NCBI GenBank assembly: GCA_029856045.1
Contig: JAHQWG010000025.1
Span: 64,001 to 128,000 of the forward strand
Direction of reading: 5' to 3'
Length of the DNA: 64,000 nucleotides
DNA from: Promethearchaeia archaeon
Lineage (GTDB): Archaea; Asgardarchaeota; Lokiarchaeia; Sigyniarchaeales; SOKP01
Part shown: in pieces, positions 49,666 to 59,892 of the stretch
How the letters are laid out: each line of letters begins with the position of its first letter
Position numbering within the stretch: the first letter of the stretch is position 1
Translations under genes and position numbers: made by a program
The notes under the pieces: model-generated
Seen by the model: only the letters and a program-made list of their open reading frames with translations
Databases searched by the model: none
What the model was told of the DNA's origin: nothing

Positions 49666-51714
49666 ATGTTAAAATTAAAAGTAAAAAAAGTTGTAATGTT
49701 TAAACATGGTGTTTCCTATTATATTCTCGGAGGAAATTTAAAGGGCTCTGGCAAATTTGAATTGGAATTTAAAACAGATGAGATGAATGATATATTAAAA
49801 TCTCTGTTTGTATTAGATACCAGTCAAAAAGGATACATTTCTTCTATAAGTTTTGATGCAGCTTTAGAAACTTCACAATTACTAAGTCAAATTTCATTAA
49901 ATGTCCCTGATGACGATTCTTTTTCTTCAGTTTTAACGCAGATTAAGGGAGCAAAGATAAATTTTACTATTGGAACTGCTAAAAAGATGAGCGGTACGGT
50001 TATGGGCATTGAATATAGAGAAAAATTCATAAAAGAAGAGAAAATAGAAGAACCACTTTTAATCACTTTAAATGAGAATAACACAATCTCTAAAATCCCA
50101 TTTTCCGAGATAAGCTCATTTGAAATATTAAATGAAGATCTCCAGAAAGATCTAAAGTTTTTTTTAGACACTGTAATTGCAGGAAAAAAGAAGGATACAA
50201 AATATATCGTTATTAATTGTGAATCTGGAGGGCAAGATGAAGTAAAGAGATCAATTGTTGTAAGCTATCTTCAAGAGAGTCCAATTTGGAAAACCACATA
50301 TAGATTAATTATGAGTAAAAAACAAGCTTTAGAAAAGAAATGCTTACTCTCAGGTTGGTGTATCGTGGAGAACGTTACAAACATGGACTGGGAGGAAATT
50401 GAATTATCATTAGTTGCTGGAATGCCTGTATCATTCAAATATGATTTTTATCACCCAATTTTTATTCAGAGACCGGTAATTACTCCACCAAAAGTATTAA
50501 GTGCAAAACCTATTGAAATAGAAGAGGGCATGGAAATGGAGGAGTATGATAAATATAAAATGGAGGCAACATATGAGATAAAAGAAGCAGAAGCAGCTCC
50601 TCCTGCTCCAATGGCAATGGCAACAGCAGGAGCGAAAAAGTCAAGAAAAGCTGCGATTGGTGGAGGATTTGGTGCTATGGCTGATGAGGCGCTTCTAGAT
50701 AAAGTTAGAACCCAAACATCTGTTCAAACAAAAGACCTGGGAGAGCTTTTTGAATACAATATATCAAAACCTGTATCTCTTAAAAGGAAGCATAGTGCCT
50801 TAGTACCAATTGTAAGTGAAGAAATAATAGCAAAAAAAATTCTACTTTACAATAAAAATGAAAATGATAAAAATCCAAATGCATGCCTTGAAATTACAAA
50901 TAATACAAATTTAACCCTGGAACGAGGACCTGTAACAATCATTTACGACAATAACCTCGCTGGGGAAGCAATTATTCCATTTTTGAACAAAACCGATACA
51001 AGATTATTAAACTATGCAATCGAACAAGCTGTGCTTATTGATCACGAGCAGAAGTCAGAAAGTAAAAGAGTCCATAAAATTAGTTTCTCAGGACACTATT
51101 GTTATGAATATTATTATACCAATCTAACTACAACATACAAAATTAAGAATAAAACTGATGAAGTGAAAGAATTATATCTTGATCATCCAAAACAATCAGG
51201 GTATAAAATATTAGAAAGTCCTGAAGAGCCTGAAGAAACTCCAAATTATTGGCGTTTTAAATTGAATATAGAACCAAAGGATGCAGTTTCATTTACTATT
51301 AAAGAACAGAGAGAGAATTCTTCTAGTTATTATTTATGGAATTGGACCAAAGAAGATATCTTTAAACGAGTAGAATTTTATATTAAACAAAAGTTCATTA
51401 ATGAGAAACTTGAAACCCAATTGATGGAGATAGCAGAATTGATTGGAAAGGTGAATGATTTAAAGAATAAAAAAGAAAACTTAATCAATGAAAAAGATCA
51501 AATGGAAAATGAACAACAAAGAATTAGAGATAATATTTCAGTATTAGGGCAAACTTCTCAAGAAAACGTCTTGAAAGAAAAATATGTTAAAAAATTGACA
51601 GACCAAGAGAACAAATTCGAAAAAATATCTTCCGAAATAAAAGCAATGGATAAAGAACTTGAAAGTTTAAATGAAACTATTTCTAAAAAAATGGATAAAC
51701 TTAGAGTTAGTTAA
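49666..51714 (+). CDS. DUF4139-like protein with C-terminal coiled coil
   Basis: VVMFKHGVSY, DILKSL, WKTTYRL, N.T..DW..IELSL..G.P, GELFEY, L.RGP.T. Confidence 0.75.
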   Translation: MLKLKVKKVVMFKHGVSYYILGGNLKGSGKFELEFKTDEMNDILKSLFVLDTSQKGYISSISFDAALETSQLLSQISLNVPDDDSFSSVLTQIKGAKINFTIGTAKKMSGTVMGIEYREKFIKEEKIEEPLLITLNENNTISKIPFSEISSFEILNEDLQKDLKFFLDTVIAGKKKDTKYIVINCESGGQDEVKRSIVVSYLQESPIWKTTYRLIMSKKQALEKKCLLSGWCIVENVTNMDWEEIELSLVAGMPVSFKYDFYHPIFIQRPVITPPKVLSAKPIEIEEGMEMEEYDKYKMEATYEIKEAEAAPPAPMAMATAGAKKSRKAAIGGGFGAMADEALLDKVRTQTSVQTKDLGELFEYNISKPVSLKRKHSALVPIVSEEIIAKKILLYNKNENDKNPNACLEITNNTNLTLERGPVTIIYDNNLAGEAIIPFLNKTDTRLLNYAIEQAVLIDHEQKSESKRVHKISFSGHYCYEYYYTNLTTTYKIKNKTDEVKELYLDHPKQSGYKILESPEEPEETPNYWRFKLNIEPKDAVSFTIKEQRENSSSYYLWNWTKEDIFKRVEFYIKQKFINEKLETQLMEIAELIGKVNDLKNKKENLINEKDQMENEQQRIRDNISVLGQTSQENVLKEKYVKKLTDQENKFEKISSEIKAMDKELESLNETISKKMDKLRVS

Positions 51715-51901
51715 AAAACAAAAAAAATCTCATAAAAAATATCCTTTTTCTTAATTTTTTTCTTTTAGAAAATTCTTTGAAATTAGATGAATGATAAAAT
51801 ACTTTAAAAATTAAAGAAATCTCTTATAAAATTTTTATACTATTTTTATAATATATCTTCATAGCAATTTTTTGAAAAAAAAATCTAATTATTATTATTT
51901 G

Positions 51902-51906
51902 GGTGA
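51902..51906 (+). promoter_or_regulatory. Shine-Dalgarno GGTGA for acxA
   Basis: Same motif and 6-nt spacing as at acxC (GGTGA + 6 + ATG) and acxB (GGTGT + 6 + ATG). Confidence 0.65.
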
Positions 51907-51912
51907 ACAAAA

Positions 51913-54174
51913 ATATCAACTGAAACTAATAGTGAAATTAAAAAGATTAAGGCTGAAAAAAAGCTAAAGGAATCTAAAATAAAAAAGGAAAAAAAGAAAT
52001 CTAAAATAAAAAGCGAGAAACAAAAAGAGAGAGAGGAAGTAGAAAAAAAAGAACATTCTTTAAGGGCCATTGCATTAGATACTGGCGGAACAATGAGTGA
52101 TTCTTTTGTAATTGACGAAGAAGGAACATTTATAATAGGAAAGGCAATTACTACTCCAGAGGATGAGTCTGAAGGGATATTAAATTCAATTAAGGATGCT
52201 TTAGGTTATTGGGATACGACTTTAGAAGATTCAGGAGGATCTGTAGAAGCCTTAGTATATTCTGGAACAACAATGATAAATAGGCTTTTAGAGAGAAAGG
52301 GAAACAGTAATATTGGAATTATAGTTAATGCAGGTTTTGAGGATCTCCCCAGATTAGGAAGAGCTCTTCAATGTTGGATATGGCTCGACTATGGAGGACG
52401 CCTCCATGCGAGGGAACACGAACACCCCAAACCACTAGTACCAAGGAAACAAATTAAAGGTGTCCGCGGACGAATCAATTTCTGGGGAGAGGAGCTGATT
52501 CCACTTTATAAAGATGAAGTTAGAGTAGCCATAGAAGAATTACTCGAAATGGGGGTGGATAGTATTTGTGTTTGCCTACTTTGTTCCTACATGAATCCAG
52601 CTCATGAAAAACGTGTGAAAAGGATTGCAGAACGGCTAATGAAGGAAAAAGATAAGAAGATTCCTATAATCTTATCATGCGAGCATAATCCTGTTAGAGG
52701 TGAAACTCCTAGACTAAATGCTCTTATCATTGAACAGTATGCTGCAGAACCATCAAGAAAATTGTTAGTAAAAATTGCCGAAACTTTTCAAGAGAAACAA
52801 GTTCCCGCGCCTCTTAGAATCTTAACAACTTATGGAGGTACAATCTCCCCATATCACAAACAACTCATTACAACCCTAGTATCCGGTCCTATTGGTGGAA
52901 TGATAGGATGCAAATTCATAGCCAAGGAATATGGAATAAAGAACTTAGTATCCTCAGATGTAGGGGGTACCAGTTTCGATGTAGGTCTTATAATGGAAAA
53001 TTACGTTCCTACCAAATGGGAGAGTTCTGTTGGAAAATTCATTTTAAACATACCCATGATAGGTTTAAACTCAATAGGTGCAGGTACTGGCATGTATGTG
53101 AGATATAATAAAGTTTCAGGAAGATTAGAATTTGGACCTGAAAGTGCAGGATATCGTATCGGAGTATGTAATGAGCCATCTGGAGTTGAAACAGTCACAA
53201 TGACGGATTGTAGTTTAATTTTGGGATATCTCAATCCAGACTATTTTCTCGGAGGAAATATTCCATTAGACAAGAAGCGAGCATATAAATATATCAAAGA
53301 ACAGTTGGCAGACCCTTTTGGTGTAGACCCAGAAAGAACTGCACGAGGTGCACTTGATTTAATAGAGATTAACATGAAAAATCATCTTAATGGAATGATT
53401 CAAGGTCTTGGTTTCAGACCAGAGAACTATACCCTCATCTCCTTCGGAGGGGCTGGGCCACTCCATGTGGCAGGATATGCTAGGGAGTTAAAGTTTCAAG
53501 ATATTATGATACCAGAATGGGCAGCTGCGTTCTCAGCGTATGGTTGTGCATGTGCCGAACATTCTTACAGACATGAAAAGTCTGTGGATTTATTGATACC
53601 TCCTGATGGGAGTATGAATGAAATTGTATCTATGATGCTCAACGCTACGTGGAGTGAATTAAAAAAGGATATAATAAAAGAGTTTGAAAAAGAGGATAGA
53701 GATCCTAGTGAAATGGAATTTATTCCCTCAGTTCGAATACAATATTTTGGTATGTTTGATGATTTAGAAGTAACATCTACATCTGATAATCTTAAAGCCG
53801 AAGATGTGTGGAAACTGGCAAGAAGTTATGATGATCTTTTCGATCAAATATTTCGAAGAGGTACAAAAAGTCCTAATCTTGGATATCATATAACCAAGGC
53901 GGTGGCAACAGGGATTATTCCAGTTCCTAAGCCCAAATTGCCGGATTATAAGTTGAGTGGGAAGGATCCGTACAAAGGAGCAAATAAAGGAAAGAGAAAA
54001 ATATTCTGGGAAGCTGATTGGCATAATGCTTCACTTTGGGAGATGAATTTACTTAATCCTGGAAATTTAATAGATGGTCCCGCAGTTATCGAGGCTCCGG
54101 CAACCACTTTACTGGTTCCGCCGGGTTTTAAAGTTTTTCTTGATAAACATAGAATTTTTCATATGGAGGTGTAA
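51913..54174 (+). CDS. acxA: Acetone carboxylase beta subunit-like (hydantoinase A family), probable ATA start
   Basis: IALDTGGTMSD lies upstream of the called ATG. Also GTT..N, SGP.GG, DVGGTSFD, GP.SAG, FGGAG.LH, GPAVIE. Confidence 0.88.
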   Translation: MSTETNSEIKKIKAEKKLKESKIKKEKKKSKIKSEKQKEREEVEKKEHSLRAIALDTGGTMSDSFVIDEEGTFIIGKAITTPEDESEGILNSIKDALGYWDTTLEDSGGSVEALVYSGTTMINRLLERKGNSNIGIIVNAGFEDLPRLGRALQCWIWLDYGGRLHAREHEHPKPLVPRKQIKGVRGRINFWGEELIPLYKDEVRVAIEELLEMGVDSICVCLLCSYMNPAHEKRVKRIAERLMKEKDKKIPIILSCEHNPVRGETPRLNALIIEQYAAEPSRKLLVKIAETFQEKQVPAPLRILTTYGGTISPYHKQLITTLVSGPIGGMIGCKFIAKEYGIKNLVSSDVGGTSFDVGLIMENYVPTKWESSVGKFILNIPMIGLNSIGAGTGMYVRYNKVSGRLEFGPESAGYRIGVCNEPSGVETVTMTDCSLILGYLNPDYFLGGNIPLDKKRAYKYIKEQLADPFGVDPERTARGALDLIEINMKNHLNGMIQGLGFRPENYTLISFGGAGPLHVAGYARELKFQDIMIPEWAAAFSAYGCACAEHSYRHEKSVDLLIPPDGSMNEIVSMMLNATWSELKKDIIKEFEKEDRDPSEMEFIPSVRIQYFGMFDDLEVTSTSDNLKAEDVWKLARSYDDLFDQIFRRGTKSPNLGYHITKAVATGIIPVPKPKLPDYKLSGKDPYKGANKGKRKIFWEADWHNASLWEMNLLNPGNLIDGPAVIEAPATTLLVPPGFKVFLDKHRIFHMEV
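51967..52020 (+). repeat. 27-bp tandem duplication in the Lys/Glu-rich N-terminal extension of AcxA
   Basis: aaggaatctaaaataaaaaaggaaaaa / aagaaatctaaaataaaaagcgagaaa. Confidence 0.65.
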
Positions 54175-54178
54175 AGAA

Positions 54179-56395
54179 ATGAATAATAAACCAATTGGAT
54201 GGAATGGAAAAACACTTATGAAAATGCTTGAAGAAAGCGAGAAATATATAAAGGAAACAAAATCATATTATGGAATAGATAAACTAAAGTTAAAGGAAGA
54301 AGACCCTTTTGAATATGAACGAGCATTTGCAAGTCTTAGAGGTGCATTAGTTTCTGCAAGAGAAACTGCATTACATGTTGCCGCTTCACCCATTGTTAAA
54401 GAGATTGGTGAGCTCTGCTTTGCTTTATATACTCCAGAAGGTGATTCTATTGTTGTTTCAACTGGTATCTTGGTTCATGTCCACACAATGAGCGAAGCCG
54501 TAAAATTTATGGTAAAAGAGGATTATGAACAAGACCCCGGAATCAACCCAGGTGATATTTTTCTAAATAATGACCCCGAATGCGGAAATGTGCATACAAC
54601 AGATGTCCAGACTCTAATTCCGATATTCTGGAAGGAAGAATTGATTGGCTGGGCGGGAGGTGTAACTCATCAAATCGATTCTGGAGGTATTACTCCAGGT
54701 CATGATTTAGTTGCAGCTATTCAACGTTTTGATGATGGGGTTTATTACACTTGTCGAAAGATCGGATCGAATGATAAAATATGGAAAGATCACATGATAA
54801 ATGCTCGAAGATCAGTTAGAACTCCATTTTATTGGGAGTTGGACGAAAAATGTAGATTAGCGGGAGATTTAATGATTCGAGATGCGGTTCTAGAGTTTAT
54901 AGAGAGAGAAGGAATTGAATACTATAAACAATTTATAAGAGAGGTAATAGAGGAGGGAAGAAGGATTTTTCAAGAACGTGTGAAAGAACGACTGATACCT
55001 GGGAGGTATAGAGCTGCAGCTTTCTTTGATATACCTATGAAGGAAGAAGCTTGGCAACCTAGGGCAAAAATAGATAAGGTCAGCAACCAACCATTAGAAA
55101 TAATAATTAAGAATGATGGAAAAATGTCACTTTCATTTGATGGAGCAAGTGGTCCTGGAGCAAATCCTATGAACTGTGCAAAAGGAGCAATGGAAGGAGG
55201 TCAATGGGTTCTCTTAACGCAGGTTTTAATATATGGAGATAAAGTGAATGATGGGGCATATTTTGCTGTAGAGACAGATTACCCGCTAGGAACATGGTGT
55301 AATCCAGGAGATTCTTCTTTATCATATCAGAGTCCTTGGGGTAATTTAATTCCTGCATATACGGGAATGATGAAGTGTCTATCTTATGGACTATTCTCGC
55401 GTGGATATAGAGAAGAAATCGTTCCAGGGTATGGGTTTACCGGAGATGCAATTCAAGGTGGAGGAATTTATTCTGCTGGGCCGCTTAAAGGGGAAAGGTG
55501 GTCATTATCAACATTTGAGATTAGCGGTCAAGGCTTGGGAGCAAGTGGTGTTAGAGATGGACTGGATTGGGGATATGCAATGTGGAATCCAGAAGCTGAC
55601 CTTGGAGATGTTGAAACATGGGAACTATTCCAAGGAGGAATTCCTTATTTATCAAGAAGAGTTAAACCAAATACTGCAGGTCATGGAAAATATCGAGGTG
55701 GAGCAAATTATGAAGGAGTGGCAATGATTGCAAATTCAAAAGAAGTGGACTTTTTTGGAGCTAGGGATGGTTATTGTTTTCATGGATCTGGTGGTATGCA
55801 CGGGGGTTATCCTCATGCAACTGGATATCGACTTTATGCCAAAAAGACAAATATTCAGGAGATTATACAAAATCAAAAAGAATATCCATTAGGAGATCCA
55901 GATCCTAGTAATGGTGAATTTGAGAAATTACTAGAGGGAGATATTGTGAGAAAGAAATACTGCACAATCTATCCTATCATCTTGGAGAATAACGATATTA
56001 TTTATTATGCATTAAGTGGAGGTCCAGGATACGGTGATCCTCTAGAGAGAAAGGTGGAGAGTGTAAAACAAGACCTTAATAATGGAATTTACACAAATGA
56101 TTTAGTCTATAATATTTATGGTGTAGTAGCAGAATATGATGAAGAAATGGGAGAGTGGGTAATCGACAAAATGGGCACAGACATACGTCGAGAAGAAATT
56201 AGAGCGGAACGAAAAGATAAATCCTTGACATTTGATGATTATTGGGAACAAGAACGGTGGAAAATTACGGAAGATATGCTGAGTGAACCAGTAAAACTAA
56301 TGTATTCTGAAAGTTTAAATTTATCTCCAAAATGGGCAAAGGAATTCCTAGAATTTTGGAGATTACCCGAGGATTTCCAACTGGAGGTGAAATAA
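54179..56395 (+). CDS. acxB: Acetone carboxylase alpha subunit-like (hydantoinase B family)
   Basis: ASPIV.E.GELCF, STGILVHV.TM, NVHTTD, GVTH..D, WNPE.D.G, GGPGYGDPL.R, with GGAGGTG before ATG 54179. Confidence 0.9.
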   Translation: MNNKPIGWNGKTLMKMLEESEKYIKETKSYYGIDKLKLKEEDPFEYERAFASLRGALVSARETALHVAASPIVKEIGELCFALYTPEGDSIVVSTGILVHVHTMSEAVKFMVKEDYEQDPGINPGDIFLNNDPECGNVHTTDVQTLIPIFWKEELIGWAGGVTHQIDSGGITPGHDLVAAIQRFDDGVYYTCRKIGSNDKIWKDHMINARRSVRTPFYWELDEKCRLAGDLMIRDAVLEFIEREGIEYYKQFIREVIEEGRRIFQERVKERLIPGRYRAAAFFDIPMKEEAWQPRAKIDKVSNQPLEIIIKNDGKMSLSFDGASGPGANPMNCAKGAMEGGQWVLLTQVLIYGDKVNDGAYFAVETDYPLGTWCNPGDSSLSYQSPWGNLIPAYTGMMKCLSYGLFSRGYREEIVPGYGFTGDAIQGGGIYSAGPLKGERWSLSTFEISGQGLGASGVRDGLDWGYAMWNPEADLGDVETWELFQGGIPYLSRRVKPNTAGHGKYRGGANYEGVAMIANSKEVDFFGARDGYCFHGSGGMHGGYPHATGYRLYAKKTNIQEIIQNQKEYPLGDPDPSNGEFEKLLEGDIVRKKYCTIYPIILENNDIIYYALSGGPGYGDPLERKVESVKQDLNNGIYTNDLVYNIYGVVAEYDEEMGEWVIDKMGTDIRREEIRAERKDKSLTFDDYWEQERWKITEDMLSEPVKLMYSESLNLSPKWAKEFLEFWRLPEDFQLEVK

Positions 56396-56396
56396 A

Positions 56397-56891
56397 ATGG
56401 TAAAATACGATAAAAAGACACTTGAAAGGATGATTAATGGAGATTTGACTTGGGAGGAATTAAAACCAATAATAAGTGGTACAAAGGATCCTGATAGATT
56501 TGATAAAATTATTGAGATTTTACAAGAAAAAGTCTCTTGGGATGAGAAAATCATCTTACCAATTCATGAACATTTATATATCGTCTCAAAGGATGATAAA
56601 AGAATAGTAAAATGTGATTGCGGATATGAGTATGGAGATTATAAAGAGAACTGGAAAAAGAAATGTAGAATAAATGTGAGAGATACAGCTGAAGAGCTTG
56701 AAGAATTTTATCCAAAATATATGGCTAGTGACCCAGATTGGATGGAACTTAGAGAATATTTCTGTCCTGGTTGTTTTACACTGCTAGATACGGAAGCTGT
56801 ACCTCCAGGATATCCTACAATTTTTAATTTTCTGCCCGATATTGATGCATTCTACAAAGAGTGGCTTGGAAGAAAAGCTCCAGATAGATAG
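56397..56891 (+). CDS. acxC: Acetone carboxylase gamma subunit
   Basis: KCDCG...NWK...REYFCPGC...PPGYP...PDID.FY..WLG. Confidence 0.92.
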   Translation: MVKYDKKTLERMINGDLTWEELKPIISGTKDPDRFDKIIEILQEKVSWDEKIILPIHEHLYIVSKDDKRIVKCDCGYEYGDYKENWKKKCRINVRDTAEELEEFYPKYMASDPDWMELREYFCPGCFTLLDTEAVPPGYPTIFNFLPDIDAFYKEWLGRKAPDR

Positions 56892-57048
56892 TAAGAGTTC
56901 CTAATTGATAATTTAAAAATATGACACAATGAAATCAGTGTTAAATGAATAATTTTAACAAAATTTTTTCAAACCTTTTTTTTTTATTTCAATTTGATAA
57001 ATTGAAAAAATAAAATAATAAATTTCATGGAAGTTGAATATTTTCATA

Positions 57049-58335
57049 ATGAGTGAAATAAACACCAATATAATTAAGAATATAAATAAGGACCAAATAC
57101 TTAAGGACGCTTATGATTTAAGTTTTCCGCGTAGGATTGGGAGCGAAGGAAATCTAAAAGCAAGAGAGCTTTTAGTTTCAAAGATTACAGAACTAGAATA
57201 TAAACCACATTTTCAGAATTTTACGTATTCCTATTTATTTCGTTCATTTATTTTTAATATCATACGAATTATATACATTTTAGGAATTATGGGGCTGTTA
57301 ATTTTGTATTTTCCTTTCACACAAGATAGAATCATCTGGATTTTAATTCCCGGAACATTAATTATTGTTTTATTAGTAATTGAATTTTCATATCACCAAG
57401 AAATAAGTCAATTCGCTATAATGAATTGGGAGAAATTAAAACCTAAACAAAAAAAGCTAATTAGAAATGGAAAAAATATATTTGCAATTAAGTCAAATGA
57501 ATCCAGATTAATTTTTTCTGATGAATTAAACGAATTTCAATTGAATTTAGAGAGAAAAAGCGAATATAAACGACATTTAATAATTTTAAGTGCTCATTAT
57601 GATTCAATAAACGTTTCATTTGGACCCTTTTTAATAATATTTACTTCAATTTTAAATACCATAGGCATATTGATAATTGGATTTTTTCCAATCGTGCTTT
57701 TGATTCTGTCAGGGATCTGGTACTATATATTTACGGTAATTTATCTTATATTCTGCTCTTTGACTTTATTATCATCATTTATTAGACTGTTTAGAAAATT
57801 ACAAAATTTTTCTGATGGAGCAATAGATAACGCAAGTGGAGTTTCTACGGTATTAGGTGTTGCTCGGGCTCTAAAAGAAATAGATTTACCAAATGTAGAT
57901 ATAATATTTTCCTTTTGGGACGCTGAAGAGGAAGGACTTGTAGGAAGTTTATCATTTGTAGAAAAACACCTTCAAAAATTAATTAATTTATATGGTATTG
58001 AAAATATTCATGTAATTTCGTATGATGGGTGCGGTTCAAAAGGTCAAATCAGTTTTGGAAGATCTTTTGGCTTTCCCAGGGTAATAAAACATGATAAGGG
58101 AATAGTCAATAAATTAAAAGCAAGTGCGGAATCATTGGAGATACCTACAAAGACATCATGGTTCTACTATCCTCCGTCGGATCATGCTTGTTTTGGAATA
58201 AGAAATATAGACTCAGTCTGGTTTTATTCATTCGCCGCAGTATCAAATACTGTAAAAGATAAAAAAGAGTTATTAGTAGGAAAGACATTGGTAAATTCTG
58301 TTAAGATTACATTACAATATTTATCAAATTTTTAA
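57049..58335 (+). CDS. Membrane-embedded M28 family metallopeptidase
   Basis: PRRIGS, SAHYDS, GAIDNASG, DAEEEGL.GS, SDH, with inserted TM hairpins. Confidence 0.88.
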   Translation: MSEINTNIIKNINKDQILKDAYDLSFPRRIGSEGNLKARELLVSKITELEYKPHFQNFTYSYLFRSFIFNIIRIIYILGIMGLLILYFPFTQDRIIWILIPGTLIIVLLVIEFSYHQEISQFAIMNWEKLKPKQKKLIRNGKNIFAIKSNESRLIFSDELNEFQLNLERKSEYKRHLIILSAHYDSINVSFGPFLIIFTSILNTIGILIIGFFPIVLLILSGIWYYIFTVIYLIFCSLTLLSSFIRLFRKLQNFSDGAIDNASGVSTVLGVARALKEIDLPNVDIIFSFWDAEEEGLVGSLSFVEKHLQKLINLYGIENIHVISYDGCGSKGQISFGRSFGFPRVIKHDKGIVNKLKASAESLEIPTKTSWFYYPPSDHACFGIRNIDSVWFYSFAAVSNTVKDKKELLVGKTLVNSVKITLQYLSNF

Positions 58336-58439
58336 TGTATTATCAAATTTCCTATAATTTAAAATTGAGTGATTATCTTTAAAGTAATTATTTAAAAAAA
58401 AAATTAGAGGAAATTAAAAAAATTCTATTCTATTTTAAA

Positions 58440-59693
58440 TTATAAGAGAGATCTAAACATTCTTCGGATTGAATTCTGCACAATAAGCATTTGTACATTC
58501 CTTGTACCTCCAATAACTTCCTCCACTTTTGAGGCATCTAATGCCTCATCTAGTAGAGTGTTATCAGTAAGAGAAATTCCACCCATATGATTTTGAATCT
58601 CGTAGCAAACCTCGTGAGAGAGTTTACATCCGTAATATTTAATTTGCGATGATAAAGAAGCCATCCATTTTTCGATTTCTTTGCTTGGTTTTTCAGCAAA
58701 AAGAATTTTATCATCATATATTGATGCAATTTGAAAAGCCATCATTGTGGCTGCTGTGACTTTAGTAAGTAAATCAGCAAGCGGAAATCCAATACCTTGA
58801 TATCCAATTATGTCTTTATTAAATTGCTTTCTCAAATTGGAATAAATAAGTCCATGAATAAGTCCATTCCAACAGATACCTAATGTACTTCCTACAATAC
58901 TTATCCTTTCGGGAATTAAACCGTCAAATAGATAATTATATCCCTTTCCATCATCTCCTAATATGTATGGATATGGAACCTTAACATCTTCAAGAATACT
59001 ATGAGCTATATGCACTCTTGGAACGGCATTTATACGTAATCTTTCAGTTCTAATGCCAAATTCTTTTTTAAACATTGCTTGGACCATAGTACCCCTCGGA
59101 TCTTTCATATTATACACCCCATATCCAACAAAGTAGTCAGCTTTAGGACCATTCGTAGTGAAAATCTTCTCTCCGTTAAATATAACCCCATCAGCAGCTT
59201 TCTCGCAAGTTGTTAGCAGATTAACTGCATCTGAACCTCTTTCTGGTTCCGTAATTAAAATACAACCAATGCCATTTCCCTCCATTAAATCTGCTTGAAC
59301 TTTAGAGATCTCGCTTGTCTCGCCGTGCTGGAATGTTGGGTTCCCACAGAGTATTCCACTGGCTAAACGTGCAAGGTCCAGTTGTGGATCACAGATGCTT
59401 AAAATTGTAGCTAATAAAACTTCATATTTCATTCCATAAGGGATAAAATCTTTATATTTATTCATTCGTTGGATAAAACCTCGTTCTCCAAGTTTTGGAA
59501 ATAATACATAGACATCTTTTTCTCTATCAATTGTAGGGGCTAATTCAAGGCAAAAATCTTCGACTTCTTTGACAAATGCCAGTTCTTCTTCGTTTAATAA
59601 TGGAAAGATATTTTGATTCAAAATCTTATAAAAATTACCCAATTCCAATTTTTCTAAAATTTCATCCTTGATAATTTTTTCTTGTATTTTCAT
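58440..59693 (-). CDS. Acyl-CoA dehydrogenase family protein
   Basis: ITEPERGSD, NGEKIFTTNG, ERI, RKQF..., Q.HMGG.S, GGT..VQ. Confidence 0.9.
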   Translation of the reverse strand: MKIQEKIIKDEILEKLELGNFYKILNQNIFPLLNEEELAFVKEVEDFCLELAPTIDREKDVYVLFPKLGERGFIQRMNKYKDFIPYGMKYEVLLATILSICDPQLDLARLASGILCGNPTFQHGETSEISKVQADLMEGNGIGCILITEPERGSDAVNLLTTCEKAADGVIFNGEKIFTTNGPKADYFVGYGVYNMKDPRGTMVQAMFKKEFGIRTERLRINAVPRVHIAHSILEDVKVPYPYILGDDGKGYNYLFDGLIPERISIVGSTLGICWNGLIHGLIYSNLRKQFNKDIIGYQGIGFPLADLLTKVTAATMMAFQIASIYDDKILFAEKPSKEIEKWMASLSSQIKYYGCKLSHEVCYEIQNHMGGISLTDNTLLDEALDASKVEEVIGGTRNVQMLIVQNSIRRMFRSLL

Positions 59694-59892
59694 ATTTAAT
59701 TCAGTTTAAATATTCATTTTAAAGTCTAATATCCATTAAAAACGAAACATATTTTATTAATTTATAACATAGTGAGTATCAAAATTTTAAATATAATAAC
59801 TAAAATCTACAATTAATAAGAAATAATTTATAACTAAGAAATAAAATTATTATTTTAATAGAATTAAAAAAAAGGAACAAATCTATAGAAAA

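Noticed and set aside
51904-51906. In-frame TGA upstream of acxA (and at 47374 and 6282) as possible selenocysteine readthrough
   Set aside because: No upstream start or homologous continuation. The TGAs at 51904 and 47374 are part of the GGTGA SD, and none aligns to a Cys position
54074-54178. Called N-terminal extension of acxB
   Set aside because: It overlaps the acxA 3' end, and the GGAGGTG SD points to ATG 54179
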